Shown: positions 9,661-20,846 of the stretch, piece by piece
Layout of the letters: every line of letters starts with the position of its first letter
How positions within the stretch are numbered: the stretch's first letter is position 1
Source: an uncultured Actinomycetota bacterium
GTDB lineage: Bacteria; Actinomycetota; Actinomycetes; CAVPEL01
Direction of reading: 5' to 3'
DNA: 64,000 nt
Assembly: GCA_963703505.1 (NCBI GenBank)
Contig: CAVPEL010000001.1
Coordinates: 4,269 to 68,268, forward strand
Made by a program: the position numbers and the translations under genes
The notes under the pieces: model-generated
Told to the model about the DNA's origin: nothing
Databases searched by the model: none
Seen by the model: only the letters and a program-made list of their open reading frames with translations

Positions 9661-11759
9661 GGCGGTGGGTGCGCACGGGCATCGCGGTGCTCGGTGTGGT
9701 CGCGGTACTCATTGGGCCTGCGGCCCTCGCCGCAGCGGGCAACGGGACTCCTGCGGTCTCGGCGCGACCGACCGACTCAGGTCGTCGTCGTCGGCGTCCC
9801 CGGTTTCGTCTTCAGCGACATGTCGCCAACCCGCACGCCCGCTTTGTGGCGGCTGGCCGAGACTGGCTCGGTCGGGGTGGCGTCCGTGCGTGCGGTTCCG
9901 CAGGTGAGCTGCCCGGTCGACGGCTGGCTCACCCTTGGCGCCGGCAACCGCGCCCGAGGGCCGCGATCATGCCCGACTGATCTGGCCGTGGGTCGGGCTG
10001 GAGGGGGCGCCCAGGTGGGCGCCTTCGCCGAGTTGCGCCGGGTCAACCTCCACCTGGACGTGCGCACTGATGTGGCCTCACTCGCTGCCACGCTCGGCGC
10101 TCGCGGCGAGTGCGCGACGGCAGTGGGTCCGGGGGCGGCGGTGGCCGCGGCGGACCCGGTCGGCCATGTGGGCGTCTACGCGGACCAGCTGCCCGATGCG
10201 GGTGCGCTGCCGGCGTTTCTGGACAGGTGCCCGGTGACGGTGGTCGCCGCTGACGTGGCCACCGTGGACGAGGTGGTCAACCAGGTGCAGGCCTCGCGGG
10301 CGCCCGGTTCGGTCGTGCTCGTCGTCGGGATCTCCGAACTGCCGGGCTCGCCAGCTCCAGCGGCCCAGCTCCACCCGGCAGTGGCGAACGGCCCAGGCTT
10401 GACGGGCGGGGCCCTCGTGAGCGCCTCGACCGGCCGGACCCCGTATGTGCAGCTCATCGATGTCGCACCGACCGTCCTGTCCCTGCTCGGCGATCCGGTG
10501 CCCGCCGCCATGGTCGGCGAACCGTGGCGGGCCACGACCGCCCGCGGGTCGCTGGATGCCCGCATCGCGCACCTCGCCGATCTGGCTCTCCTCGCGAAGG
10601 TCCAGCACGCGGTGACCCCGCCGGCGTTCGCCGTCGTGGTGACTCATCGAGCTGGGCTTCTACCTCCTGCTCTGGTGGCTGCTGCGTCGCCCGCGCCGGC
10701 CTCCTCGGGATCGCGTCCTGCGTTCGTGTGCCGTCATCGCCGTTGCGGCGACCGCTGTGCCCGCCGCCATGTTCCTGGCGAACGTCCTGCCCTGGTGGCG
10801 AAGCGCCCACCCGCTGGTGCGCGGTCATCGGCGTGGTCGCCGGCTTCACCGCAGCGCTCACCGCGCTCGCCCACGCCGGTCCGTGGCGCCGCCATCCGGC
10901 TGGCGCGGTCGCGGCGGTCGCCGGGTTCACGACGGTGCTCCTCGCCGTCGACCTGACGACGGGCGCCCGGTTGCAGATGGCAAGCCTTCCTGGCTATTCA
11001 CCGCTGGTGGCTGGCCGGTTCGCCGGGATGGGCAACGTCGCCCTCGGCGTCCTCGCCGCAGCGTCGGTGCTCGCGGTAGCCGCACTGTCGGGCCGGGTCG
11101 GTGCCACGTTCGGCCGGCGGGCCGCCGCCTGGACCGCTGCGGTGGCCGGTCGTGCTGGTGGTCGCCCTCGACGGCAGCCCGCAGTGGGGGCGCAAGTTCG
11201 GCGGCGTGGTGGCACTGGTGCCGGCGTTCGCCTTCCTCACCTGGCGGCTGGCGGGGCTGCGGACCTCGTGGCGCCGGGTGAGCGCGGCCGGTGCTGGGCA
11301 CGGTGCGTCGCCGTGGGCGCGGTCTGTTTCGCCGACTACAGCCGGCCCGCCGCCGACCAGACACATCTGGGGCGCTTCGCCGGCCAGCTGCTGCACGGGG
11401 GTGCCTGGACGGTGGTCCGCCGCAAGGCGCTGGCCAACTGGCACCTGCTCACCTACAGCCCGCTGACGATGCTGGTGCCCGTGCTTGTCGTCGTGCTAGC
11501 CGTGCTCGTATGCCGGCCCCACCCGCGATTGAGGGGCACCTTCGAGGCCGTGCCGGTCCTGCGGACCGCACTGCTTGCCATCCTCATCGCCTCGGTGGTC
11601 GCCTTCGCGGCCAACGATTCCGGCGTCGCTGTACCGGCCCTGGCGATGATGCTCACCGTTCCGGCGGTCCTGGCGGTGGTGCTGGGTGTCGCCGCTCGTG
11701 GCAACGCACCGGAAACCGGGTCGTCTGCGCCGGAGGGCACCGCACAGGTGTTACCCTGA
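9657..11759 (+). pseudogene. large membrane protein with signal/TM, a roughly 330-aa extracytoplasmic domain and a polytopic C-terminal half; about 5 frame changes as sequenced
   Basis: ATGA overlap with the glycosyltransferase at 9657-9660. VVVVGVPGFVFSDMSPTRTPALWRLAE...CPVDGWLTLGAGNRA resembles a degenerate alkaline-phosphatase-superfamily core. At least 8 hydrophobic helices follow after about 10650. The frame changes near 9778, 10648, 10815, 11145 and 11288. Confidence 0.55.
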
Positions 11760-11765
11760 TATTCC

Positions 11766-13495
11766 GTGGACGGACGGGTTTTCCCGTCGCACTCGAACCG
11801 CGGGAGCCCCCTCTTGGCTGCGTCTGCGGACGACCAAGCATCTGTTCGTCACCGGGGGCGTCGCCTCCTCTCTCGGCAAGGGCCTCACCGCCTCGAGCCT
11901 GGGTAGCCTGCTGAAGGCCCGCGGCCTGCGCGTCACCATGCAGAAGCTCGACCCGTACCTCAATGTCGACCCGGGCACCATGAACCCGTTCCAGCACGGT
12001 GAGGTCTTCGTCACCGAGGACGGCGGCGAGACGGACCTGGACGTCGGGCACTACGAGCGATTTCTCGACGTCAACCTGCACGGATCGGCGAACGTGACCA
12101 CCGGGCAGGTGTACTCGACCGTCATCGCCAAGGAGCGTCGCGGGGAGTACCTCGGCGACACGGTCCAGGTGATCCCGCACATCACCAACGAGATCAAGGC
12201 CCGGATCCAGGCCATGGCCGGGGCCGACGTGGACATCGTCATCACCGAGATCGGCGGCACCGTCGGCGACATCGAGTCCCTCCCGTTTCTGGAGGCGGCC
12301 CGGCAGATCCGGCACGAGATCGGCCGGGACAACGTCTTCTTCCTCCACGTATCGCTGGTGCCCTACATCGGCCCGTCCGGTGAGCTGAAGACCAAGCCGA
12401 CCCAGCACTCGGTTGCCGCGCTCCGCTCGATCGGTATCCAGCCGGACGCAATCGTCTGTCGCGCCGACCGGCCGATCCCGTCTGCGGTCAAGCGGAAGAT
12501 CTCGCTGATGTGCGACGTCGACGACGAGGCTGTGACCGCGGCCGTTGACGCGCCGTCGATCTACGACATCCCCAAGGTGCTGCACGCCGAGGGCTTGGAC
12601 GCTTATGTCGTCCGCCGCCTGGACCTGCCGTTCCGCGACGTGCAGTGGACGGTGTGGGACGACCTGCTGCAGCGGGTTCACCGCCCGCTCCACCAGGTGA
12701 CGATCGCCGTGGTCGGCAAGTACGTCGACCTCCCCGACGCCTACCTGTCGGTGTCCGAGGCGCTGCGGGCCGGTGGGTTCGCCAACAATGCGCGGGTCGA
12801 GCTCCGGTGGGTGAGCGCTGATGACTGCGCGACGCCAGAAGGTGCCGCGCGCGAGTTGTCGGGTGTCGATGGCGTCCTGGTGCCCGGTGGATTCGGGGTG
12901 CGCGGGATCGAGGGCAAGGTCGGTGCGCTCGCGCTACGCCCGTGAGCACCGATCCCGACGCTCGGCATCTGCCTCGGCCTGCAATGCATGGTGATCGACA
13001 GTGCGCGAGCGCCTCGCTGGCCTGGCTGGCGCCAACTCCGCCGAGTTCGAGCCGGGCACTGCGCATCCGGTGGTCTCCACGATGAGCGACCAGCGCGATG
13101 TCGTGGCGGGGGAGCGGGACATGGGCGGCACGATGCGGCTCGGGTCCTACCCGGCGCAGCTGGCCGAGGGTTCGATCGTCCGCGAGGCGTACGGCGAGGC
13201 CGTGGTGTCCGAGCGCCACCGCCACCGCTACGAGGTGAACAACGACTACCGCGATCGCCTCGAAGCAGCCGGACTCAGCATCTCGGGTACATCCCCCGAT
13301 GGTCGGCTGGTGGAGTACGTCGAGCTGCGGCGAGACCTCCATCCCTTCTTCGTCGCCACCCAGGCGCACCCGGAGTTCAAGTCCCGCCCGACTCGCTCGC
13401 ACCCGCTCTTCCGTGCCTTGGTGAAGGCGGCGCTCGCCCGCCAGCAAGGCGTCTCGGTGACCGTCCCCGCCGACGGTGTGGTTGCCGCCTCGTGA
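11766..13495 (+). pseudogene. pyrG: CTP synthase; 3-4 frame changes as sequenced, start uncertain
   Basis: [39 protein letters not shown], the amidotransferase [12 protein letters not shown], and HRHRYEVN. The frame changes near 12928, 12950 and 13010, and possibly near 11835. Confidence 0.9.
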
Positions 13496-13505
13496 ATCGC
13501 GGCAG

Positions 13506-14135
13506 ATGAGTCCGCAGGAGGGGGAGGCGGTCACCGACGCCCCAGCGAAGAATCCGGTGACCGCAACCCAGGAACGGTTTGCTGGGCGGGTGTGGACCGT
13601 TCGTACCGATGATGTCCTCCTTCCCGACGGCTCGACAGTTGTCCGCGACGTCGTGGTCCATCCGGGGGCGGTCGGTGTGGTGGCGTTGGATGCGACGGAC
13701 CGGGTGCTGCTCGTGCAGCAGTACCGGCACCCGGCCGGTGCGGTGCTGTGGGAGCCGCCAGCCGGTCTGCGTGACATCGACGGGGAGCCGCCGCTGGCCT
13801 GTGTGCAGCGCGAGCTGTATGAGGAGGCCGGCTACCGGGCGCAGTCCTGGGCGGTGCTGCTCGACGCTTTCACCTCGCCCGGCATGTCGTCAGAGGCGAT
13901 CCGCATCTACCTCGCCCGCGAGCTCTCGCCGGTGGCCGCCGATGAACGGTTCGTCGGCTCGGGAGAGGAACGCGACATGCCGGTGGCGTGGGTACCGCTC
14001 GACGACGCGGTGGACGCCGTGCTGGCCGGGCGACTGCACAATCCGATGGCTGTGATGGGGATCCTGGCCGCTGGCCGCGCGCGCGAGACCGGGTTCGCGT
14101 GCTTGCGCCCGGCGGATGAGCCGTGGCCCTGGTAG
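13506..14135 (+). CDS. NUDIX hydrolase (ADP-ribose pyrophosphatase-like)
   Basis: Nudix box GLRDIDGEPPLACVQRELYEEAGY. Follows pyrG as in Rv1699-Rv1700. An alternative upstream start exists at 13476. Confidence 0.85.
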   Translation: MSPQEGEAVTDAPAKNPVTATQERFAGRVWTVRTDDVLLPDGSTVVRDVVVHPGAVGVVALDATDRVLLVQQYRHPAGAVLWEPPAGLRDIDGEPPLACVQRELYEEAGYRAQSWAVLLDAFTSPGMSSEAIRIYLARELSPVAADERFVGSGEERDMPVAWVPLDDAVDAVLAGRLHNPMAVMGILAAGRARETGFACLRPADEPWPW

Positions 14136-14148
14136 CAGGCTGCTCGGC

Positions 14149-15012
14149 CTAGCTCGCCGCGGCGGAAGGCCGCCCTGGCGCTCGTTTCTCCCCCTCGAGG
14201 CTGTGCACGTCAGGACGTACAGGCGCGGCGGGGGTTGGTGCCTCGGGTGCTGCCGCTGACGTTGAATTCTCCAAGAACCGGAGCAGCTCGACCGGGAAGG
14301 GCAGAACCAGGGTCGAGTTCTTCTCGGCCGCCACCTCGACGACGGTCTCCAGCAGTCTCAGCTGAAGGGCTGCCGGGCTCGCCGCCATCTCGTCCGCCGC
14401 CATCGCGAGCTTCTTCGACGCCTGGTACTCACCGTCCGCGGAGATGATCCGGGCGCGCCGCTCCCGCTCTGCCTCCGCCTGCCGGGACATCGACCGCTTC
14501 ATCGCGTCCGGCAGCGCGACGTCCTTGATCTCCACCCGGTCGATGTGAACGCCCCAGCCCAGGGCGGGACTGTCGATCATGACTTCGAGGCCCTGGTTGA
14601 GCTGTTCGCGGTTGGACAGCAGGTCGTCGAGGTCGCTCTTGCCGATGATCGACCGCAGCGACGTCTGCGCGACCTGCGACACGGCGAAGATGTAATCCTG
14701 GACGTTGATCACTGCCAGTTCGGGGTCGATGACGCGGAAGTAGACGACCGCGTCGACCCGCACTGTGACGTTGTCCCGGGTGATGCCCTCCTGAGCGGGG
14801 ATCGGCATGGTCACCACCTGCATGTTGACCTTCACCATGCGCTCGGCGCCCGGCCTGATCCACTTGAAGCCCGGCATGCGCGGATCGCCGAGCACGCGCC
14901 CGAACCTGAAGACGATGCCTCGCTCGTACTGCTTGACCACGCGGGCCCCAGCCGAGAGCCCGATGAGGCCCACGACGACGAGGACCAGGAACACAACAAG
15001 GGCGGCGATCAT
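14149..15012 (-). CDS. SPFH/band-7 (stomatin-like) membrane protein
   Basis: 287 aa, intact. N-terminal TM, then VKQYERGIVFRFGRV...ITRDNVTVRVDAVVYFRV...LRSIIGKSDLDDLL, a typical SPFH core. Confidence 0.9.
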   Translation of the reverse strand: MIAALVVFLVLVVVGLIGLSAGARVVKQYERGIVFRFGRVLGDPRMPGFKWIRPGAERMVKVNMQVVTMPIPAQEGITRDNVTVRVDAVVYFRVIDPELAVINVQDYIFAVSQVAQTSLRSIIGKSDLDDLLSNREQLNQGLEVMIDSPALGWGVHIDRVEIKDVALPDAMKRSMSRQAEAERERRARIISADGEYQASKKLAMAADEMAASPAALQLRLLETVVEVAAEKNSTLVLPFPVELLRFLENSTSAAAPEAPTPAAPVRPDVHSLEGEKRAPGRPSAAAS

Positions 15013-15175
15013 GGCAAGCCTCCTGGCTTACCTGCGGCTGCGGTGCCGCTGCGTTATGGGCGGTTTGTCCACTCTTTCGAGTATGGACCCACGGCGCCTA
15101 CCCTGCGACTAGGGCCAGTCCCGAGACGCCTGAGAGGTCGGCCGCGGTCGCGAACGACGAGCACGGGAGGCGCCA

Positions 15176-17456
15176 GTGAACGCGTTCCTAGAGCGGCTAG
15201 GGCGGTTCTCGGCCCGTCGGCACTGGTGGGTCCTGTTGGCCTGGCTGGTCATCCTCGCGGTGCTCGTGGTGCTGCGCGCCAACTTCGGGGGGACTTTCGT
15301 CAACAACTACTCCGTCCCAGGCAGCCAGTCGTCGCAAGGGCTCGACGTGCTGCGGAAGACCTTTCCGTCCCAGGGCGGTTACAGCGGGCAGATCGTCTTC
15401 CACGCGCCCAGCGGCACCGTCGCAGCGCAGGCCACGGCGGTCAACGGGGCCATCGCCAATGTCGCCAAGCTGCCGCACGTCATCTCCGCAACGAGCCCGC
15501 TTGCCACCTCGCCCTCGCCGCTGGTTTCCAAGGACGGCACGATCGCCTATGGAACGGTGTCGTGGAACGTTGTGCCTGCCACGCTGGACAAGGCGTACCT
15601 GAGCGAACTGGACACCGCGGTCAAGCCCGCCCGAGCGGCCGGACTGCAGGTCGAGTACGGAGCCGGTGCAGGCCAGATCGGCCAGGCCACCAACGACAAG
15701 AGCTCGGAGATCATCGGCCTGACCTGCGCGCTCGTGCTGCTGCTGTTCATGTTCGCCTCGATCGCCGCCGCAGCCATCCCGCTCCTGTCGGCCCTGCTGA
15801 GCGTGCTCGCCGGCCTGTCGTTGGTCGGGCTGCTGGCGGCGGCGACGACCTTCCCCACCACGGCACCGACGGTGGCCACGCTGCTCGGACTGGGTGTCGC
15901 CATCGACTACGGGCTGTTCCTCGTCGCGCGACACCGCGAGCAGGTCGACCACGGCATGGACGTCGTGGCGTCCGCGGGAAGGGCGAACGGCACGTCCGGG
16001 GCAGCCGTCGCGGTGGCTGGCAGCACCGTCGTCGTGGCGATCCTGGGGCTGTACGTCTCCGGCGTGCCGTTCGTCGGTGCGATGGGCGCGGCGTCAGCGG
16101 TCGTGGTCGCGGTGACCATGCTCGTCTCCCTGACGCTGACGCCGGCGTTCATGGGCATCGCCAAGAACAACGTCCGTTCGTGGAGCGACCTGCGAGCAGC
16201 CAAACGCGCACCGGCGGGCGAGCAGGTTGCCGCTCACGATGGCTCTCCCGCGTGGGGCGGAGGTCGAGCCGCCGCACGAGCACAGCGCGTTCGCGCGCTG
16301 GGGCCGCACGGTGAGCAAGACCCCGTGGCCGTGGGCGATCGCCTCGACCGTCGTGCTGCTCGTCCTGGCGATCCCGCTGCTCTCGCTACGCCTCGGCCAG
16401 CTGGACGCCGGCACGAACCCGACGTCGGAGAGCATCCGGCGCGCGTACGACCTGATCGACGAGGGCTTCGGGCCCGGAGCCAACGGTCCGCTTACGGTCG
16501 TGGTCGACCTGCCGAAGCAGTCGGCGCAGGACAACCAGAACCTGGTGACGTCCACCCAGGACACCCTCGCGAAGACACCGGGCGTCGCGTCGGTCACGCA
16601 CGCCGTCGATCAACAGCGCCGGGACGACCGCGGTCATGAACGTCGATCCCGACGACCTCACCGCAGGACGCCGCGACCACTAGCGCTGGTCGACCACCTG
16701 CGCGATCGAGGTCCTCCGACGGTGAACGCGAAGACGTACGTGGTCGGCACGACGGCTGGGTACGTGGACTTCACCCACCAGGTCGCCAAACGCATGCCAT
16801 GGCTGATCCTTGCGGTGGTCGCCCTCGCCTGGGTGCTGCTCACGGTCGCGTTCCGCTCGGTGGTCATCGCGACGAAGGCAGGGGTGCTGAACCTGCTGTC
16901 GGTCGCCGCGGCCTACGGAGTCGTCGTCGCGATCTTCCAATGGGGGTGGGGTTCCGAGCTCGTCGGCATCCACGAGAAGCTGCCGATCCCCGCCTTCGTG
17001 CCGATGCTCATGTTCGCGATCGTCTTCGGGCTGTCGATGGACTACGAGGTCTTCCTCATCTCTCGCGTGCACGAGGCGTGGATCCGGACGAACGACTCCC
17101 ACCGCAGCGTCGCGATCGGCATCGGCAGCACCGCGCGCGTCATCACCACCGCTGCGGCGATCATGGTCGTCGTCTTCAGCAGCTTCGTCCTCGACGTCGA
17201 CCCGACGGTGAAGATGCTCGCGGTCGGGATGGCTGCCGCGGTGCTCATCGACGCCAGCGTCATCAGGATGATCCTTGTGCCGTCCGTGATGTCCCTGATG
17301 GGCAGCGGCGCCTGGTGGATGCCCCGCTGGCTGGACAAGATCACCCCGCGCATCGACATCGAGGGGAGCTCGCTGGCCGGCGAGCTCGAGGGGGTGCCGG
17401 CTGGCGCGCACCACCGCATGTCGAGAGGCACCGAGCGCCCTGACGATCGCCGGTGA
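15176..17456 (+). pseudogene. MMPL-family RND-type transporter; about 3 frame changes as sequenced
   Basis: MNAFLERLGRFSARRHWWVLLAWLV start, two 6-TM bundles, and GLSMDYEVFLISRVHEAW. The frame changes near 16220, 16612 and 16678. Confidence 0.9.
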
Positions 17457-17630
17457 AGCAGGACTGATCGCCTGGCGCCTACGTGCACCACGATTGAACG
17501 CGCCGCCCGAACCGGGTAGCAGAGGTCATCGACGCCTGCGACGTCGGCTTAGACTCGACGCGCCCGCACCGGGCAGCGGTACAGCCGGCAACGACGCCGG
17601 AGACCGCCGGTAGTGGAGGACGTCAGCGCA

Positions 17631-18749
17631 GTGAAGGTCGGTATCCCACGCGAGGTCAAGAACCACGAGTACCGCGTCGCTATCACCCCGGCTGGTGTGC
17701 ATGAGCTGACCCGACAGGGTCACGAGGTCGTCATCGAACAAGCAGCCGGCCTCGGCTCGTCCATCAGGGACGAGGACTTCGTGGCGGCGGGGGCCTCCAT
17801 CCTCCCGACCGCCGACGACGTCTGGGCGGCGGGCGACCTCATCTTGAAGGTGAAGGAGCCGGTCGCCGAGGAGTACCACCGCCTTCGCGGGGACCAGGTC
17901 CTGTTCACCTACCTGCACCTGGCGGCGTCGCGCCCGTGCACCGATGCGCTCCTGGGCGCGGGCACGACGGCCATCGCTTACGAGACCGTGCAGCTGCCCG
18001 ACCGGTCGCTGCCGTTGCTGGCCCCGATGTCGGAGGTTGCCGGGCGGCATGGCGCCGCAGGTGGGCGCGACTGCGCTGCAGCGGGCCAATGGCGGCCGTG
18101 GCGTGTTGCTCGGTGGCGTCAGCGGTGTGCACGCGGCCAAGGTCGTGGTGCTGGGCGCTGGCGTGTCCGGCCTCAACGCGGCTCAGATCGCGGTCGGCAT
18201 GGGCGCACGGGTGTCGATCCTCGACATCAACACGCGTCGGCTGGCAGAGATCGACCACATCTACCAGGGCCGCATGCAGACGGTCATGTCCAACTCGTAC
18301 GAGATCGAGAAGGCGGCCCTGGAGGCCGACCTGGTCATCGGCGCGGTGCTGGTGCCGGGCGCGAAGGCTCCGAAGCTGATCTCCAACGAGCTGGTGTCGC
18401 GGATGAAGCCGGGAGCGGTGCTCGTCGACATCGCGATCGACCAGGGTGGTTGCTTCGAGGACTCGCACCCGACCACGCACGCGGACCCGACGTTCGCGGT
18501 CCACGACACGGTCTTCTACTGCGTCGCGAACATGCCCGGCGCCGTCGCGCACACGTCCACGTACGCGCTGACCAACGTCACGCTGCCGTATGCCGTGGCG
18601 CTGGCGAACAAGGGCTGGCGGCAGGCGCTGCGCGACGACGACGCGCTGGCGCTCGGCCTCAACACGCACGCCGGGCAGCTCACCTGCCCGCCGGTCGGCG
18701 AGGCGCTCGGATGCTCAGAGCCTGCACCATCGCCGAGGTGCTGAGCTGA
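17631..18749 (+). pseudogene. ald: L-alanine dehydrogenase; frame change near 18045 and probably near 18735
   Basis: GTG start with VKVGIPREVKNHEYRVAITPAGV, NAD site VVVLGAGVSGLNAA, and VDIAIDQGGCFEDSHPTTH. Confidence 0.9.
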
Positions 18750-18760
18750 TCAAGTCGGAT

Positions 18761-19696
18761 GTGCCGCGGACCGCTACCTCGCCGCAGGTGGCGGTCCGCG
18801 GCTATCTCGACCACCTGAGGGTGGAGCGCGGCCTGTCCGTCAACACGCTCACCTCTTATCGCAGGGACCTGAGTCGCTATGTCGACTACCTGGCTGCGCA
18901 GCAGGTCGACGCGATCGACGACGTGACCGAGGGTCACGTCAGCACCTTCCTGGCAGCGCTCCGCGAGGGCGACGAGTCGCACCCACCGCTGGCGGCGAGC
19001 TCGGCGGCCCGGGCGCTGGTCGCCGTTCGTGGCTTTCATCGTTTCTTGGCACTGGAGGGGACGGCCGCAGGCAACCCGGCCGGTGGGGTTCGCCCGCCTG
19101 CTCCGCCGCGCCGACTGCCGAAGGCGATCTCGGTCGACGAGGTCAGCAGGTTGCTGGAGGCATCAGGCTTCGACGACACGGTGATCGCGAAGCGCGACCG
19201 GGCGCTGCTCGAGCTTCTCTACGGCACCGGCGCCCGGATCTCCGAGCTGGTCGGGCTCGACATCGACGGGCTCCAGGTCGACTCGGGTGTCGTCCGGCTG
19301 CACGGCAAGGGCGGCAAGGAGCGCCTCGTCCCGATGGGCACCTACGCCCGGTCTGCGCTGCACGCGTATCTGGTCCGGTCGCGGCCGGTGCTGCTGGCGG
19401 CGGGGTCCGGTACGCCGGCGGTCTTCCTCAATCACCGCGGGGGGCGGCTGTCCCGGCAGAGTGCATGGGCGGTGCTGCGGGCGGCCGCGGAGAAGGCCGG
19501 CCTGCCGGGCGACATCTCTCCGCACACCCTGCGCCACTCCTTCGCCACCCACCTGCTGGACGGCGGGGCTGACGTCCGAGTGGTGCAGGAGCTACTGGGG
19601 CATGCGTCGGTGACCACGACGCAGATCTACACATTGGTGACTGTGGACCGGCTGCGAGAGGTGTACGCCGCCGCCCACCCGCGCGCGCTGGGCTAA
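18761..19696 (+). CDS. xerD: site-specific tyrosine recombinase XerD
   Basis: [26 protein letters not shown] and [13 protein letters not shown] supply the R..HxxR..Y catalytic set. Position after pyrG-nudix is equivalent to Rv1701. Confidence 0.9.
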   Translation: MPRTATSPQVAVRGYLDHLRVERGLSVNTLTSYRRDLSRYVDYLAAQQVDAIDDVTEGHVSTFLAALREGDESHPPLAASSAARALVAVRGFHRFLALEGTAAGNPAGGVRPPAPPRRLPKAISVDEVSRLLEASGFDDTVIAKRDRALLELLYGTGARISELVGLDIDGLQVDSGVVRLHGKGGKERLVPMGTYARSALHAYLVRSRPVLLAAGSGTPAVFLNHRGGRLSRQSAWAVLRAAAEKAGLPGDISPHTLRHSFATHLLDGGADVRVVQELLGHASVTTTQIYTLVTVDRLREVYAAAHPRALG

Positions 19697-19834
19697 GCGC
19701 ACTTCTGGTTGGGCGGCACCCTGTTTCGCCGTGGCCTGCGCGCCGTAGGGCATGCGCAGCGGGTGAGATTGAGGGTCTTTGGGTTGGTCTGCGCCTGTTG
19801 CCTTGCCCCAAGGCATCCCCACGCCCTAGGGTCT

Positions 19835-19868
19835 CGACTCGTCGGCATGACGTTTCACCGATGAGTCG
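19835..19868. repeat. 11-bp inverted repeat (1 mismatch) in the leader of the parA-like gene
   Basis: CGACTCGTCGG (19835-19845) and CCGATGAGTCG (19858-19868) with a 12-nt spacer, 37 nt upstream of ATG 19905. Confidence 0.7.
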
Positions 19869-19904
19869 TGACATGGCCTGATCGCTAGGGAGGCACAACG
19901 CCTT

Positions 19905-20846
19905 ATGGCTAAGTCGACAAAAGTGCCGGCGGGTGGAAAGGCCGATTCTGGGGGTGGGCGCTGGGCGCGCTCACCGGAGTCCGAGTCGGACAGCGACGCG
20001 TCGGGGACAGACGCCGCTGGGCTAGACGCCGCAGGTCGGCCGATGCCCGTCCTGAAGGACCCCGTGCCGCTTGAGCGGCACGGCCCGGCCCGTGTCATCG
20101 CCATGTGCAACCAGAAGGGTGGCGTTGGCAAGACGACGAGCACGATCAACCTGGGTGCGGCGATGGCCGAGTGGGGGCGTCGCGTCCTGCTGGTCGACTT
20201 CGACCCGCAGGGGGCGTTGGCGGTTGGCCTCGGCATCAAGCCGCACGAGCTGGACCGCAGCGTCTACAACGTCATGATGGATCCCTCGGCGACCGTCGAC
20301 GACTGTCTGCTGAAGACCAACGTGCCAGGTATGGACCTGCTCCCCAGCAACATCGACTTGTCCGCTGCGGAAGTACAGCTCGTCACCGAGGTGGCGCGGG
20401 AGCAGGTGCTCGCGCGGGCGCTGGACTCGGTGAGGGACGACTACGACGTCATCCTGATCGACTGTCAACCCTCACTCGGGTTGCTCACCGTCAATGCGCT
20501 CACGGCTGCCCATAGCGTGATCATCCCTCTGGAATGTGAGTACTTCGCACTTCGAGGTGTAGCGCTCCTCATGACTTCCATTGAAAAAGTGCGGATGAGG
20601 CTTAACCCTCAACTGAAGATTGAGGGAATTTTGGCCACCATGTATGACCCGCGCACGCTCCACGGTCGGGAAGTTCTCGCTCGCGTGGTCGATGCCTTCG
20701 GCGACAGCGTCTTCCACACCGTGATCAATCGGACCGTTCGCTTTCCCGAAACCACGGTCGTCGGGGAGCCGATCACGACCTACGCGTCGTCCTCACTCGG
20801 CGCGCGGGCCTATCGAAACCTTGCCAAGGAGGTGCTGGCCTCATGA
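19905..20846 (+). CDS. ParA/Soj-family ATPase (orphan ParA-like, Rv1708/PldP-type position upstream of scpAB)
   Basis: Deviant Walker A NQKGGVGKTTSTINL, DFDPQG and ILIDCQPSLG. It has a roughly 55-aa low-complexity N-terminal extension. Confidence 0.9.
   Translation: MAKSTKVPAGGKADSGGGRWARSPESESDSDASGTDAAGLDAAGRPMPVLKDPVPLERHGPARVIAMCNQKGGVGKTTSTINLGAAMAEWGRRVLLVDFDPQGALAVGLGIKPHELDRSVYNVMMDPSATVDDCLLKTNVPGMDLLPSNIDLSAAEVQLVTEVAREQVLARALDSVRDDYDVILIDCQPSLGLLTVNALTAAHSVIIPLECEYFALRGVALLMTSIEKVRMRLNPQLKIEGILATMYDPRTLHGREVLARVVDAFGDSVFHTVINRTVRFPETTVVGEPITTYASSSLGARAYRNLAKEVLAS

Noticed and set aside
18761-19696. Tyrosine recombinase as a marker of a prophage or integrative element
   Set aside because: Sequence and synteny (pyrG-nudix-...-xerD-parA-like-scpAB) identify it as the housekeeping XerD.
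19852-19858. GTTTCAC, half of the actinobacterial parS consensus (GTTTCACGTGAAAC), in the parA-like leader
   Set aside because: Only a 7-nt half-site is present and the second half is not. This locus is near the terminus, not the origin-proximal parS cluster.
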